64,000 bases of DNA, taken from contig CM035358.1 of assembly GCA_020137815.1 (NCBI GenBank), positions 7,068,001 to 7,132,000 on the forward strand, given 5' to 3'. Below, piece after piece: positions 48,709 to 63,870 of this stretch. The stretch's first letter is position 1. Each line of letters begins with the position of its first letter. The translations under genes were made by a program, and so were the position numbers. Origin of the DNA: Hormiphora californensis (Eukaryota > Animalia > Ctenophora). Below the pieces are notes generated by a model that saw nothing but the letters and a program-made list of their open reading frames with translations, ran no database searches and was not told where the DNA came from.

Positions 48709-49068
48709 GTAAGCGGTAAATACTCACTCGGTTCTTCACATTTTTTGGACATTTTTGGCCATAACTCAGCCATTTTTTGACCAATTTGCAAAATCTTGGG
48801 CTCATTGGAAAGAGGTCATTGAGACCTTTAAAATGAGCCCTAGAAAATGAAAATCGGCGCAAAATGCGCGGCGTTATGGCGAAAACGCGCATTTTACGCC
48901 ATAACGCCGCGCATTTTGCGCCGATTTTCATTTTCTAAAGCTCATTGGAAAGCTCTTAATGTCTTCTTTCCAATGAGCCCAAGATTTTGCAAATTGGTCA
49001 AGAAATGGCTGAGTTATGGCCAAAAACGTCCAAAAAATGTGAAGAACCGAGTGAGTATTTACCGCTTG
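48709..49068. mobile_element. ~360-bp near-perfect palindromic MITE
   Basis: AAGCGGTAAATACTCACTCGGTTCTTCAC...GTGAAGAACCGAGTGAGTATTTACCGCTT. Confidence 0.85.
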
Positions 49069-49184
49069 TCCTGTCTGGCGGTGCCAGATTTCGATTTGGC
49101 GATTTGATTCTCAGATGGGGTCTGTGGCGCCAGACCGTGCTTGTCTGTGTCATTGTCAGACAAGTTGCAACTTGTCTGAGTCTG

Positions 49185-49551
49185 TAAGCGGTAAAGGTTG
49201 ACCCGTCTCCTGAGAATTTTATTTTCATTTGGCCATAACTCAGCTATTTCTTGACCAATTTGCAAAATATTGGGCTTGTTGGAAAGAGGACATTGAGCTC
49301 TTTCAGATGAGCACAAGAAAATCAAAATCGGCGCAAATTGCGCGGCTTTGCGCGGCGCAATGGCGCAAAATGCGCGTTTTCGCCACTACGCCGCGCAATT
49401 TGTGCCGATTTTCATTTTATTGAGCTCACTTTAAAGATCTCAATGTCCTCTTTCCAATGAGCCCAAGGTTTTGCAAATTGGTCAAGAAATGGCTGAGTTA
49501 TGGCCAAAACAGTTTTAAATTCTCAGGAGACGGGTCAACCTTTACCGCTTA
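49185..49551. mobile_element. ~365-bp palindromic MITE related to the neighbouring one
   Basis: TAAGCGGTAAAGGTTGACCCGTCTCC...GGAGACGGGTCAACCTTTACCGCTTA; shared core GGCCATAACTCAGC...TTGCAAAAT. Confidence 0.85.
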
Positions 49552-49992
49552 CCAAAACTGACAATGACACAGACAAGCACAACTAGTTCAAGTCTAGTTG
49601 TCTCAGTCTGACTGTAGCGTACGAATTTCGTCTCGGGCGGTGCATCTATTTTAACCTCCCCGTTGGGATAACTCTGGAGACATCTCCAGGCGATCATAAG
49701 AAGGTTCAAGGGCCAGGGAAGACCTATTATACACCTTTATAATTTCACAATGGCAGCAGCTAAAATTTGCTAACTTCGCTGTGGCTTTGTGCCGCGCGCT
49801 TTCTCGATACTTTTTAAGCCGCGCGCAAGAAAATCAAGCTCAGATGCACAGTTCATTTTTGCAAAGTTTTTCAGAAACACTTTTTGAAAACTGAAACTCG
49901 CTCTTCTTACAGTTGAATTTTGAATATTATCCCTCACTGTAGCACATACCAATTTTTACCGTTATACGCAGTCAGCGTGCCAGTATAACAGT

Positions 49993-50185
49993 GCTGCTTG
50001 TAGTCAAAATACGGTAACGCAAAATACAGTAATCTGTGCGGAATTTGCGTAACGCACAAGGGCTTTTGTCAACAATCTGTTAAAAGTACTTTTTGTCAGC
50101 ACGTACTAACGCGCCGATTGGCCACGGTTGCGCGTCTTCATACAGTGTCTCCGTTTTCCATTACCGTATTCCGACTACAAGCAGC
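49993..50185. mobile_element. ~190-bp MITE-like element
   Basis: GCTGCTTGTAGTC.AAATACGGTAA / TTACCGTATTCCGACTACAAGCAGC. Confidence 0.6.
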
Positions 50186-50304
50186 CGTGTGAACCATGAC
50201 ACAAGTTTGCTGACCTTTTTCTAGTTTTGTGATACTGCGTCAAGCTCGAGATCTGAATTTGAATTTCCAATCAGTATCCAGTATCGTCTGTCCTCTAGCA
50301 ATAG

Positions 50305-51252
50305 ATGACCATGGTAACAACATGGACAGTAGATGGCAGCCAGCCAAGTAATCTTCACCATGTTACTAAAGATGGAGCTCGTTATGCTGAGAGGAACATT
50401 TATGGGACCATGGGCAACCTTCTCAATTCTTACAATCAAAACAAGGGTACGTTCCAGACTATGCCGTCTATACCCGGGTGGTATGAGACTTGGTACGCCT
50501 TAGCTTAATGCCCCAAACAAAAAAAACAAGGGTACGTATAATACGATCGGCTCCATTGTATCAGCTTTACATTTGGCTGTGAATTCGTTCATTCGATCGA
50601 TTTATCCACTTGGGGTGAGTGGAATCTGACCTGTTGTTGACCGATACACAGTGTCACAGTTGTAGGCGGAACGGATAATGATCATCCCTCCTTAAAGGTT
50701 ACGTAGATGAGCCGATAAGAAAGCGCCTCACCAACTCAGATGCGGAATACATTGCGAACAAGAATCAACATGGATCTGTTTCTTCCATTCTTTACTCGCA
50801 GAGTACGTCAAAATACCTCAAGACGATAGAATATGTAATTAGATATCTACTTCCAAGTGGATTTATCAAATTCACCACTGTGTACATATTTTAAGGGGCG
50901 AGCGCTCCCGTGACTAAAGTACGTTTCAAACGACTTGACCGGAGATTCCTTGAAATTCAGGATTTCCCCTTTGTAAATACACACGCAATGCACCAAATTC
51001 CAAGAATTACGGGTCAAGTCGCTTGAAACGGACTTTAAACCTCGATTATGTCCATTAATTTCCTATTTTGAAATCATCGTTTACACAATCTTTGCAGATG
51101 AGAAAGCGATCAGAGGCGCTCCTGCTGCAGCTCAAGGAGTTCCTAGGTTGAAAACATCAGATGCTCTGGATATACAGAACAAGAGTCTCAATGGATCAAT
51201 GTCTGAGATATTGAATGTGAAGCAATGTACTAAAGGTGTGTTATTGGGGTGA
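50305..51252 (+). CDS. Small multi-exon protein of unknown function
   Basis: Phase-1 exon chain 50305-50446, (50660-50697?), 50802-50834, 51098-51252: MTMVTTW...NQNK..EYVKIPQDDRIYEKAIRGAP...QCTKGVLLG*. Could instead splice onward at 51236. Confidence 0.5.
50453..50522 (+). mobile_element. 70-bp retroposon 3' fragment with 15-bp TSD
   Basis: AAAACAAGGGTACGT at 50438-50452 and 50523-50537; A-rich tail. Confidence 0.85.
50917..51035. mobile_element. 119-bp TA-flanked MITE, second copy
   Basis: Near-identical to 1147-1265; TA on both sides. Confidence 0.9.
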
Positions 51253-51718
51253 CAATGATTTATAAAGACTTGTTCGACCCTCTCTCCTCAAGTTGGTTTA
51301 TGTGTACTATATTTCTATCTGCACAAACTAACATAGGTATCATTTTTTGCACTGTCCTACATTTTCATGGTTACTATGATAACGGTAAAGTCACTAGAGA
51401 ATGAAGGGAAATGGGTGATTTTTGGTATTTAGCATATTTTGATGTGGATCAACAAATTTGATTTGAGTTTTATGGATTAAATATCACATATTAAAGTAAT
51501 TACTACTTATACTTATACAACTTACTACTTATACAACTCGGTAATTAATCCCTAATCGCACAAAATGAAGTTAAGATAAAGTAAAGTCCTCTTTTTTCCA
51601 ACTGATCACGCCACATTTTCGGATTTGTTTTGCACATATATCACATGTTAACGTGTAGCGTGCGTGTCAGGAATTAAAATATCGCACACGCACGGTACTA
51701 GTTGGTTCCTCAAATGGC

Positions 51719-53535
51719 TCACATAACTAGAAGAGCTGTGAAAAGATGGCTTAAAACTATACACATATATAAACGCTGTGGCAGTTCGCTCGACCGACAA
51801 TGCCTTACGCCACTTCCCGGAATGGCCGTATTACATTCAGTGGTCCAGTAGGGCGTCCATTTGGGCGTCCTGCCTTGCGTGGTTGAGCTTCCCGCAATGG
51901 CCGTATTACGTTCATTCATCCAGTAGGGCGTGGCTGGGCTTTGCGTGGCTGTTGAAACAGCAGGTCCTGAATGAAAAGGAAATTGCAGGGGATTACTGCA
52001 TTTGATACACTTGTTTACCCAACATATATATCAAACATCAGTTTATATGATGCAACCACTTTGCTTTGCAGTGGAATACGTTTAATTTAGATCCTTACCT
52101 ACTCTGTAGAAGTCAGACGCTGTGTCCCCATAGGCAAACTTGAAATTCTCCACAACATTCCCACGCAAATAAAAATTACAGGGACTATCTTTAAAGTTCA
52201 GCACTTCAACATCATTACATGTGATAATGATGCCGGTCTCTGTTTCGGTGAACGTCCAGATCTTCTCCACCTCATCCGGGGGCTGTACTGGCAGGTCTTT
52301 CTCGCAGTAGCCCATAATTCCTTCTGCATAATACTTCATTCGGGATTTGAACTGTACACCCAAATACGGCACATATAGTCGCCCGAACAAAACTAATATT
52401 ATCGTCTCATCACTGCCTTTTGTAGAGTTCGTCTTTATCTGGAGAGATGTTACCTCCGAGTCCCAGGGTATCTTTACATTCTTTTCTACAGCTGTTTAAT
52501 GTATGAATTAACCATAGCAAGTAAATATAAAATACCAGGCGGCAGTAATGCACACATATTGTAGCAAATTAAGGGATCTGCCTTTCTACCGTGTGGGGCA
52601 ATAAAAATGCCCCCCCAAGTCTACCATAGTTCCAGATATCGTGGAGCGCTAAAATTTGGCACAGTAACTCTATGAGACAAATAAATAACTTGGCCAAAAT
52701 TTCAGACCTCTAGCTCAAAATTCATTTTTTTGATCGGAATGAACATTGTCATTCATTCCAAGAAAAATATATTTTCGGTCCAGAATTTAAGCAATTATCT
52801 TTGGCTATCGATTAGCTTTCCAATGTGACCAAGATCATCTAAATTGGGCAACCACAAGAGACACAGTGTCATGTTTCTTAAAGTTAGTCAGGTCATGTGA
52901 TCCTCACCGAATCGTTGATTATCCGGGATTGCTAATCGAGCCAAGGGGCAGAGGAATCTCGTATCAAGGCCGCTAATGAGGTATGTGTACCAATACAGGG
53001 TAATGTGATTCGAGGAAAGAGGACATTTATCAAAGAGCTACAGATCTCATGACCAATCAGCATCGTCATCCCTCATTAGTAGCCGTGATACGTGATTCTC
53101 TACCACTTAGACCGATTCGTAATACTGAACACTCAACGATTCGGTGAGGATCACATGACCTGACTAACTTTAAGAAACATGGCACTGTGTCTCTTGTGGT
53201 TGTCCAATTAAGCTGATTTTGGTCACATTTGACAGCTAATCGATAGCCAAAGATAATTGCTTGGATTCTGGACCGAAAATATATTTTTCTTGGAATGAAT
53301 GGCAATGTTCATTCCTATCAAAAAAATGAATTTTGAGCTAGAGGTCTGAAATTTTGGCCAAGTTATTTATTTGTCTCATAGAGTTACTGTACCAAATTTT
53401 AGCGCTCCAAGATTTCTGGAACTATGGTAGACTTGGGGGGGCATTTTTATTGCCCCACACGGTATCTATCTTGCACCAACCTGTGAGAACAACTGTACCC
53501 CAAAATGCCGCTGCAATGAGAAGAAAACGTATCAT
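51719..53535 (-). CDS. Secreted protein with lineage-specific (ctenophore-type) domain, copy A
   Basis: Exon 53535-53481 MIRFLLIAAAFWGTVVLT (signal peptide); exon 52491-52099 AVEKNVKIPWD...LPVQPPDEVEKIWTFTETET...DTASDFYRV; next exon from ~51966 (GPAVSTATQSP...). 3' end uncertain. Confidence 0.7.
52589..53462. mobile_element. 874-bp palindromic TA-flanked MITE in intron 1 of copy A
   Basis: TA|CCGTGTGGGGCAATAAAAATGCCCCC...GGGGGCATTTTTATTGCCCCACACGG|TA; absent from the paralogous intron at ~55717. Confidence 0.93.
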
Positions 53536-53645
53536 TATAACACACCGACCCTGTTAAAATTTAAATAATTTGTTCATTTAAAAGAAGGCTGAACGAGAGC
53601 AATAAATAGAAAAAAGTAATGCGATAAAAACAATAAGTGACAATT

Positions 53646-54528
53646 GCTCCATAATGAATTTTCAGAAAAACATTAAATTTTCGAAAATTTTCTAAGTAAA
53701 TTTTTGCGTACGAATCGAAATTCGAATCGACAATGCTAAGCGGGAGTGCAAGTGATGGTGCTAATTAGCCAGTTTAAGATGAATTGTGCTGGTACGTGAA
53801 CCCACATCGAATCTAATTAGGAAATCTAGGGGTAACACGATTCATCGTCTAATTAGCAACAGTATTTCCAGATATATCATCACTGATTCGAATCACGATT
53901 CGTACGCAAAAATTGACTTAAGCAAAATTAAATGTTTTTCTTAAAATTCATGGAGAGCATCGATCAAGGTATTGAGAATCATTCCAAGAAATTTTGTGAA
54001 AAAAGTTTTGAAAATTTTTTCAAGTCAAAATTATGGTATACGAATCGTGTTTCGAATCGACACTGCTAAGCGGGAGTTTTGTTTCTAATTTGCAGGTTAG
54101 AGATGGATTTTGCTGATACGTGATGCCGCTAATTACAATGAATCATGTCCCCCTAAATTTCCTATTTACACTTGATTGGGGATCATGTATCAGCACAATC
54201 CATCTCGAACCCGCTAATTATCAACATCACTCCCGCTTAGCATTGCCGATTCGAAACACGATTCGTACGCAAAAATTGACTTAGAAAATTTTTCACAAAA
54301 TTGACTTTGAAATATTTTCCAAACTTTTTTACAAAGAATGATTCTCATTGATTTCTCAACACCTTGATCGGTGCACTCTACTCCATGAATTTTTAGAGAA
54401 AACTTTGCATATGAAAAATTTGCTGTGGTTCGGTTCGGTTCGGTAACCGAAATTCGGTTCGGTTCGGTAAAATTTTTTCCCGATTCGGTTCGGTTCGGTG
54501 GTAAAAATCCCGCTTCGGTCGTTTCTTG
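53646..54528 (+). mobile_element. One-ended copy of the 1.4-kb hAT-like element
   Basis: Homologous to ~24900-25845; keeps the TTCGG arrays and right TIR TTCGGTCGTTTCTTG; left end missing. Confidence 0.85.
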
Positions 54529-54817
54529 GTATTTAGCATATTTTGATGTGGATCAACAAATTTGATTTGAGTTTTATGGATTAAATATCACATATTAAAG
54601 TAATTACTACTTATACTTATACAACTTACTACTTATACAACTCGGTAATTAATCCCTAATCGCACAAAATGAAGTTAAGATAAAGTAAAGTCCTCTTTTT
54701 TCCAACTGATCACCCCACATTTTCGGATTTGTTTTGCACATATATCACATGTTAACGTGTAGCGTGCGTGTCAGGAATTAAAATATCGCACACGCACGAC
54801 TTGGTTCCTCAAATGGC

Positions 54818-55790
54818 TCACATAACTAGAAGAACTATGAAAAGATGGCTTAAAATTATACACATATATAAACGCTGTGGCAGTTCGCTCGACCACGATC
54901 TATCATCCTGACAATTCGTTACGTCACTTCCTGCAATGGCCGTATTACATTCAGTGGTCCAGTAGGGCGTCCTGCCTTGCGTGGTTGAGCTTCCCGCAAT
55001 GGCCGTATTACGTTCATTCATCCAGTAGGGCGTGGCTGGGCTTTGCGTGGCTGTTGAAACAGCAGGTCCTGAATGAAAAGGGAATTGCAGGGGATTACTG
55101 CATTTGATACACTTGTTTACCCAACATATATATATCAAACATCAGTTTATATGATGCAACCACTTTGCTTTGCAGTGGAATACGTTTAATTTAGATCCTT
55201 ACCTACTCTGTAGAAGTCAGACGCTGTGTCCCCATAGGCAAACTCGACATGCTCCACAACATTCCCACTCAAATCAAAATTACAGGGACTATCTTTGAAG
55301 TCCAGCACTTCAACATCATTACATGTGATAATGATGCCGGTCTCTGTTTTGGTGAACGTCCAGATCTTCTCCACCTCATCCGGGGGCTGTACTGGCAGGT
55401 CTTCCCCGCAGTAGCCCCTAATTCCTTCCGCAAAATACTCCATTCGGGATTTGAACTGTACACCCAAATACGGCACATATAGTCGCACATGCTTAACAAA
55501 ATTGCCGAACAAAAATAATATCGTCTCATCACTGCCTTTTGTAGAGTTCGTCTTTATCTGGAGAGATGTTACCTCCCAGTCCCAGGGTATCTTTACATTC
55601 TTTTCTACAGCTGTCCAATCTAAACAGTAATGTATGAATTAACCATAGCAAGTAAATATAAAATAACAGGCGGCAGTAATGCACATGTATTGTAGCAAAT
55701 TGAGGGATCTGCCTTTCTTTCTATCTTGAACCAACCTGTGAGAACAACTGTACCCCAAAATGCCGCTGCAATGAGAAGAAAACGTATCAT
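54818..55790 (-). CDS. Secreted protein with lineage-specific (ctenophore-type) domain, copy B
   Basis: Exons 55790-55736, 55619-55203 (DWTAVEKNVKIPWDWE...DFYRV) and from ~55068 (GPAVST...NCQDDRSWSSELP). 3' end uncertain. Confidence 0.72.
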
Positions 55791-55995
55791 TATAACACAC
55801 CGACCCTGTTAAAATTTAAATAATTTGTTCATTTAAAAGAAGGCTGAACGAGAGCAATAAATAGAAGAAAGTAATGCGATGAAAACAATTGAGCCATGTA
55901 AAGTCGGTGACAACTTCAAAAAATCCGACTTTATATTTAAGTGAGAGTGGACAGAATCAGAATTGGACAATTTTGTTGGAGGTTGTAGAGATTAG

Positions 55996-56367
55996 TTCTA
56001 TGAGCATTTTGCCTTTTTGCCGCTCAAAATCGCCCCATCCATCACTGAGATATTTTTGTTACTCTCGGGGAATTCCTGTTTAATCAGTATGTAAGAAACA
56101 GGATAGAAACAATCGTCGTGTTTTACTAACACATTCTGAATATAAGCAGTGAGGTTGACATGTCCATGCACAGAAGCAGAGCAATGCAATTCAGCATATC
56201 AAAAATTTAAAGAATTTTTTAGTAAAACACAAGGATTGTTTCTATCCTGTTTGATCAATATTGATCCAGCAGGAATTCCCCAAGAGTAACAAAAATATCT
56301 CAGTGATGGGTGGGTCGATTTTGAGGGTGACCTACAACTATGGCTCATGCAACTATGGCTCATAGAA
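55996..56367. mobile_element. ~370-bp palindromic MITE-like element
   Basis: TTCTATGAGC / GCTCATAGAA ends; CCATCACTGAGATATTTTTGTTACTCT inverted at ~56283-56309. Confidence 0.7.
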
Positions 56368-56416
56368 ATGTGATCTGATTAGGTTCTATGAGCCAAAGCT
56401 AGTGAGAGTGAGAGGG

Positions 56417-56499
56417 ACGTGAGTGACACGTGAGTGACACGTGAGTGACGCGTGAGTGACACGTGAGTGACACGTGAGTGACACGTGAGTGACACGTGA
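56417..56499. repeat. 11-bp tandem repeat
   Basis: GTGAGTGACAC x ~7. Confidence 0.9.
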
Positions 56500-56599
56500 G
56501 AGATCGAATCATATAATATTGAATGAGCACAATATGAATAATGAGCACAAATGTAAACGATTTACATAATAATAAATCTAATATTACATAATTAAAATT

Positions 56600-58071
56600 C
56601 AGCGGGGGGAACTCAGGTTCTTCGTGCCAGCTGAGTTCTTCGAGCTCAGTCCCGTTGCCGTGGACCTGGTTGGCTGATGGTCCAGTGATTACGGTCAAAT
56701 CACACCGGCTCTCTCCCCAATCTTGGGGAGTAAACTTTGCCAGAGACCTTGCCGAACTCAACTATGGCACCGAGCTCTTGCAGTGCGGCTGGTCCCTGCT
56801 GGGATTTGGTTCGGCGGTCGATTGATGAGCGGTTGGTTGACGATTGATATCAGTCGTTGATCGATCGTTTGTCGGTCGGTCGTCGGGCTGAGTCTTAGTG
56901 GGGATCCCGGTTGAACTGATAATCTCACCCCAGCCAGTAACCTTGTTACACATGGCAACCCATGATTTGTAATCACCGAGGGCCTCTGCCTACTAGGCAT
57001 GCCTGATGACCCTTCGGCTGTCTCCCATTTAATTATGGGGGTAAATTCTACGCCAGAGAACTAGCCTCCCTCAATTATGGCAACCCATGATTTGTAATCA
57101 CCCGGCAGCTGTAGCCTTTAAAACAGCCCTCCTGTCCAACATCCCATATTGGTCGGACGGAGGTTACCTTCTCTCGCAAAAATAGGGGTTATTCCCCTGG
57201 GGAACCTCTGCCCAAATTTTTGCCACATACTACCTTTGCAATATATCTAGAACAATCCTCCTCACTAACAAACAGATCAAGCAACACACTTGATTTGGTA
57301 AAATTCTCCAAACTAATAGCCAAAAGTAACCTATTCGATTAAACCATCCCCAACCATCCCGACCTGAAAGAAGTAGCAAACCACAGGGCAAGAATCGCTA
57401 CGGCCGGGGAATTCCAACAAAACCACATCATAAGGGACCCACGATTAAGGTAGGGCAGGTCTGGGCCATAACAAAGGGCCACCTCCGCCGTATGGCAAGT
57501 AATTACCCCGCAATAGTGCAACCCCTGGGAGCTGATAATTTGCCAAATGCTCACCAGAAGTTTACATAAGCGTTTTTCATGCTTATCTGTGCTTGCTAAG
57601 AAATTAGCTGTCCGGACCCCCAGGTTGCATGCTGATAAGTACTGCTAGCGGTTTTGACCAAAGACCTGAGGTGTGATAAGATATTTCAGCCGTCACCGAT
57701 TAGATGGTGAACCCACGGTATTGTCATATCCGGCAACCCACCTACCTCTACAGCTCCCTGGAGCAGTAGTAACCAAAGACCAGTCTGTGAGACAGGTAAA
57801 TTCCATCCATTGTCCTGACAATATAGGTATGTCAGTCTAATATTAGATTCACTGTATCAAATACTCTTCTTGTGATGCCGGCGAAGGTTCGAGGGAAATG
57901 TTGAGCTTGCTCGACAAAATACCAGGACCCAAACCGGAACAACATCAACATTATCCCTACGTGTGGGGGACGGTGGCGAAGAGTGATATTAATATAGGTT
58001 GTCTGCCGACCATTGTGGGGCAGTAAAGTGGGAGGAATGACGGGCGGTGCAAAACACACACACACACACAC
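56600..58071 (+). mobile_element. 1.47-kb non-coding retroposon with (CA)n tail
   Basis: 14-bp TSD ACATAATTAAAATT; last ~350 bp homologous to the 3' UTR of the LINE at 31319-31650. Confidence 0.8.
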
Positions 58072-58743
58072 ACATAATTAAAATTACACTATCAGTTCAT
58101 CTTGGATATAATGGTAAAAGGGGTCCTTCTTTAGACAGTTCATAGAGCTTTTCACGTGAATCAGCAGCTACGTTAACACGATGTTTATTCAAATCTATGA
58201 TCGGGTAGGTACTAAACAGCCGCCTTGCATTATCACTATCAGGATCCACAGTAAAAAACTCTCCAATAGGTCTGATTTTCAAGAAAGAAGTATAGGTAGG
58301 ATGTTTCCAAAAATTGCCTGGCTAAAGTTTCTGATCTTTCACACTCTTCAAAAACCTCTAGGTACTCGTTGAACGTTGTAGTGTTGTTCGTGAATCGTGT
58401 CGTCGATAAAAATTATAGCTAGTGAATCCACTGACAAATTCTAATGAGCGGGATGGATATGTGACAGTGTCACATATCCACCCCCCTAACTGACACGATT
58501 CTGGGATGAGTCATTAGCAGAGTGAAACGATACGAGATACGAAACGTATGATTCGGGGGAGCTCATTAGCAGTGTGAGACGATACGGTATATGGAACATG
58601 ATTCGGGGAAGCTTATTAGGAGTGTTAGACGATATAATATATATGAATATGAGACACGATTCGGAGAATGTTTTATCGCTCTTTCTATCTACCTCTATCT
58701 CTTTTTGTCAATTATCTTGAGAACCAGATGAGATACCTACCCA

Positions 58744-59013
58744 TACTAATGCGAGGAAGCTACAAACTTTGATGCCCTTATTTTTGTCCATGTCGGCTCA
58801 GCCCCGTTGTTTTTAGGGGAATATGTTGTTGTTTTAGATGGAATGGTTTGAATTTGGTCTGTTTGGCAAGACTCGAAAATAAATAAAACCCAACGCATTC
58901 CATCTAAAACAACATATCCTCCTAAAAACAATGAGGCGAGTCGATAGGCTCTTATTACCAAAAATAAGGGCACTAAACTCACCAAGTGTGTAGCGTCAGC
59001 TCGCATTATAGTA
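58744..59013. mobile_element. ~270-bp MITE at the centre of the foldback
   Basis: TACTAATGCGAG / CTCGCATTATAGTA termini; inner IR GTTGTTTTAGATGGAATG / CATTCCATCTAAAACAAC. Confidence 0.65.
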
Positions 59014-59016
59014 TAA

Positions 59017-62130
<3,114 letters not shown>

Positions 62131-63015
62131 TGGTAGGCACCTCATCTGGTTCTCAAGTCCAAGATAATTGACAAAAAGATATAGAGATCGATAGAGATAG
62201 AGATAGATAGAAAGAGCGATAAAACATTCTCCAAATCGTATTTCATTTTATCGTCTAACACTCCCAATAAGCTTCCCCGAATCATGAGGTTCAGTATCTC
62301 ATATATCGTTTCACTCTTATCTGCTAATAATGACAAAAAGAGATAGAGATAGATAGAAAGAGCGATAAAACATTCTCCAAATCGTGTCTCATATATCGTC
62401 TAACACTCCTAATAAGCTTCCCCGAATCATGTTCCATACTTCCATATACCGTATCGTCTCACACTGCTAATGAGCTCCCCCGAATCATACGTTTCGTATC
62501 TCGTATCGTTTCACTCTGCTAATGACTCATCCCAGAATCGTTTCAGTAAGGGGGGTGGATATGTGACACTGTCACATATCCATCCCACTCATTAGAATTT
62601 GTCAGTGGATTCACTAGCTATAATTGTTATCGACGTCACGATTCACGAACAACACTTCAACGTTCAACGAGTACCGGGAGGTTTTTGAAGAGTGTGAAAG
62701 ATCAGAAACTTAAGCCAGGCAATTTCTGGGAACATCCTACCTATACTACTTTCTCGAAAATCAGACCTGTTGGAGAGTTTTTTACTGTGGATCCTGATAG
62801 TGATAATGCAAGGCGGCTGTTTAGTACCTACCCGATCATAGATTTGAATAAACATCGTGTTAAGTAGCTGCTGATTCACGTGAAAAGCTCTATGAACTGT
62901 CTAAAGAAGGACCCCTTTTACCATTATATTCAAGATGAACTGATAGTGTAATTTTAATTTATTATTATGTAAATCGTTTACATTTGTGCTCATTATTCAT
63001 ATTGTGCTCATTCAA

Positions 63016-63613
63016 TCATACTACTTACTATTCAAATTGTCAGTGCTACATCACCTAGCAACTACACCTGCACGTGCAATTATTAGAGCAACTTAGAAAC
63101 CTCACTCCCAGTTGCAGTTTTGGGTACCAAGGGCCAATTCAATTCTGCACGTGCATTCTTTTACTTCTGTCCTGATGTCTAGCTCTTCCACCCCAAGCGC
63201 TATTCGGCAACGGTTATATAGGTCCAGAAGATCTGCTGCTGTCAGGGAGCAGGCTAAAGAATATGACAGATTACGCCAACGTGTTCAAGCGAGCCAATCA
63301 ACGGACAACGACTACGGATAGCTTTACCCAACGTCGCCCAAGGGTGATTACTCCAGTCGAATTTAGAAATCTCCGAATCGGCTACATAGCGGGGAAGTTT
63401 TTACGTGATGAGTTTCTGGAACAGCACTGCACCTCCATGACATTGATCTCTTAAATTCGCACCTTGACATTGTCAGGAAGCCCAGAGCGTACAACAACAT
63501 GGGTAGGGAGAAAGTGAGAGAGGCTAGGAACGGATGGTGCATGTGATGTCAGCGTTCCCTAATCTAGCTACCATTTCCCCGAAATTCGCCCGTAGGGCGA
63601 ACGGGCCTACTAG
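63016..63613 (+). mobile_element. 598-bp non-autonomous Helitron (family A), second copy
   Basis: A|TCATACTAC...ACGGGCCTACTAG|T; removing it restores TTCAA-TATT, matching the opposite foldback end. Confidence 0.9.
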
Positions 63614-63814
63614 TATTCCCGGTGCCCAGATATTGCAAATACCCAAGAGAGTAATGCACTTAATTTGGCAGCAAATTAAAGACGAGGCAGCATATTGGAC
63701 AAGCTGCCTAGTAGTCAGCAGTTCAATAAATATCGCTATCGGCAGTAATAAATGTACTGGGGGCCAGGGCTTAATCTTTATAAATCATTTAAAAAGTTTT
63801 TAAAAAGTGTCCCA

Positions 63815-63870
63815 CCCGGGATCGGTCGGGAATCGAACCCGGGCCTCACGCGTCAGAGTGGAGGCAGCAC
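63815..63870 (-). repeat. tRNA-derived fragment (possible SINE head)
   Basis: Minus strand GACGCGTGAGGCCCGGGTTCGATTCCCG resembles a T-arm/B-box; no full cloverleaf. Confidence 0.4.

Noticed and set aside
57000-57050. Hammerhead ribozyme core (CTGATGA); also at ~3075, ~10580 and ~11470
   Set aside because: No stem II followed by GAAA and no matching stems I/III seen by eye.
58097-58372. Protein-like ORF in the foldback arms (also 62685-62940)
   Set aside because: Interrupted differently in the two arms and has no recognisable motif. It may be a decayed capture but cannot be supported.
63815-63870. Intact tRNA gene
   Set aside because: Only a T-arm/B-box-like segment; no acceptor stem or D-arm.
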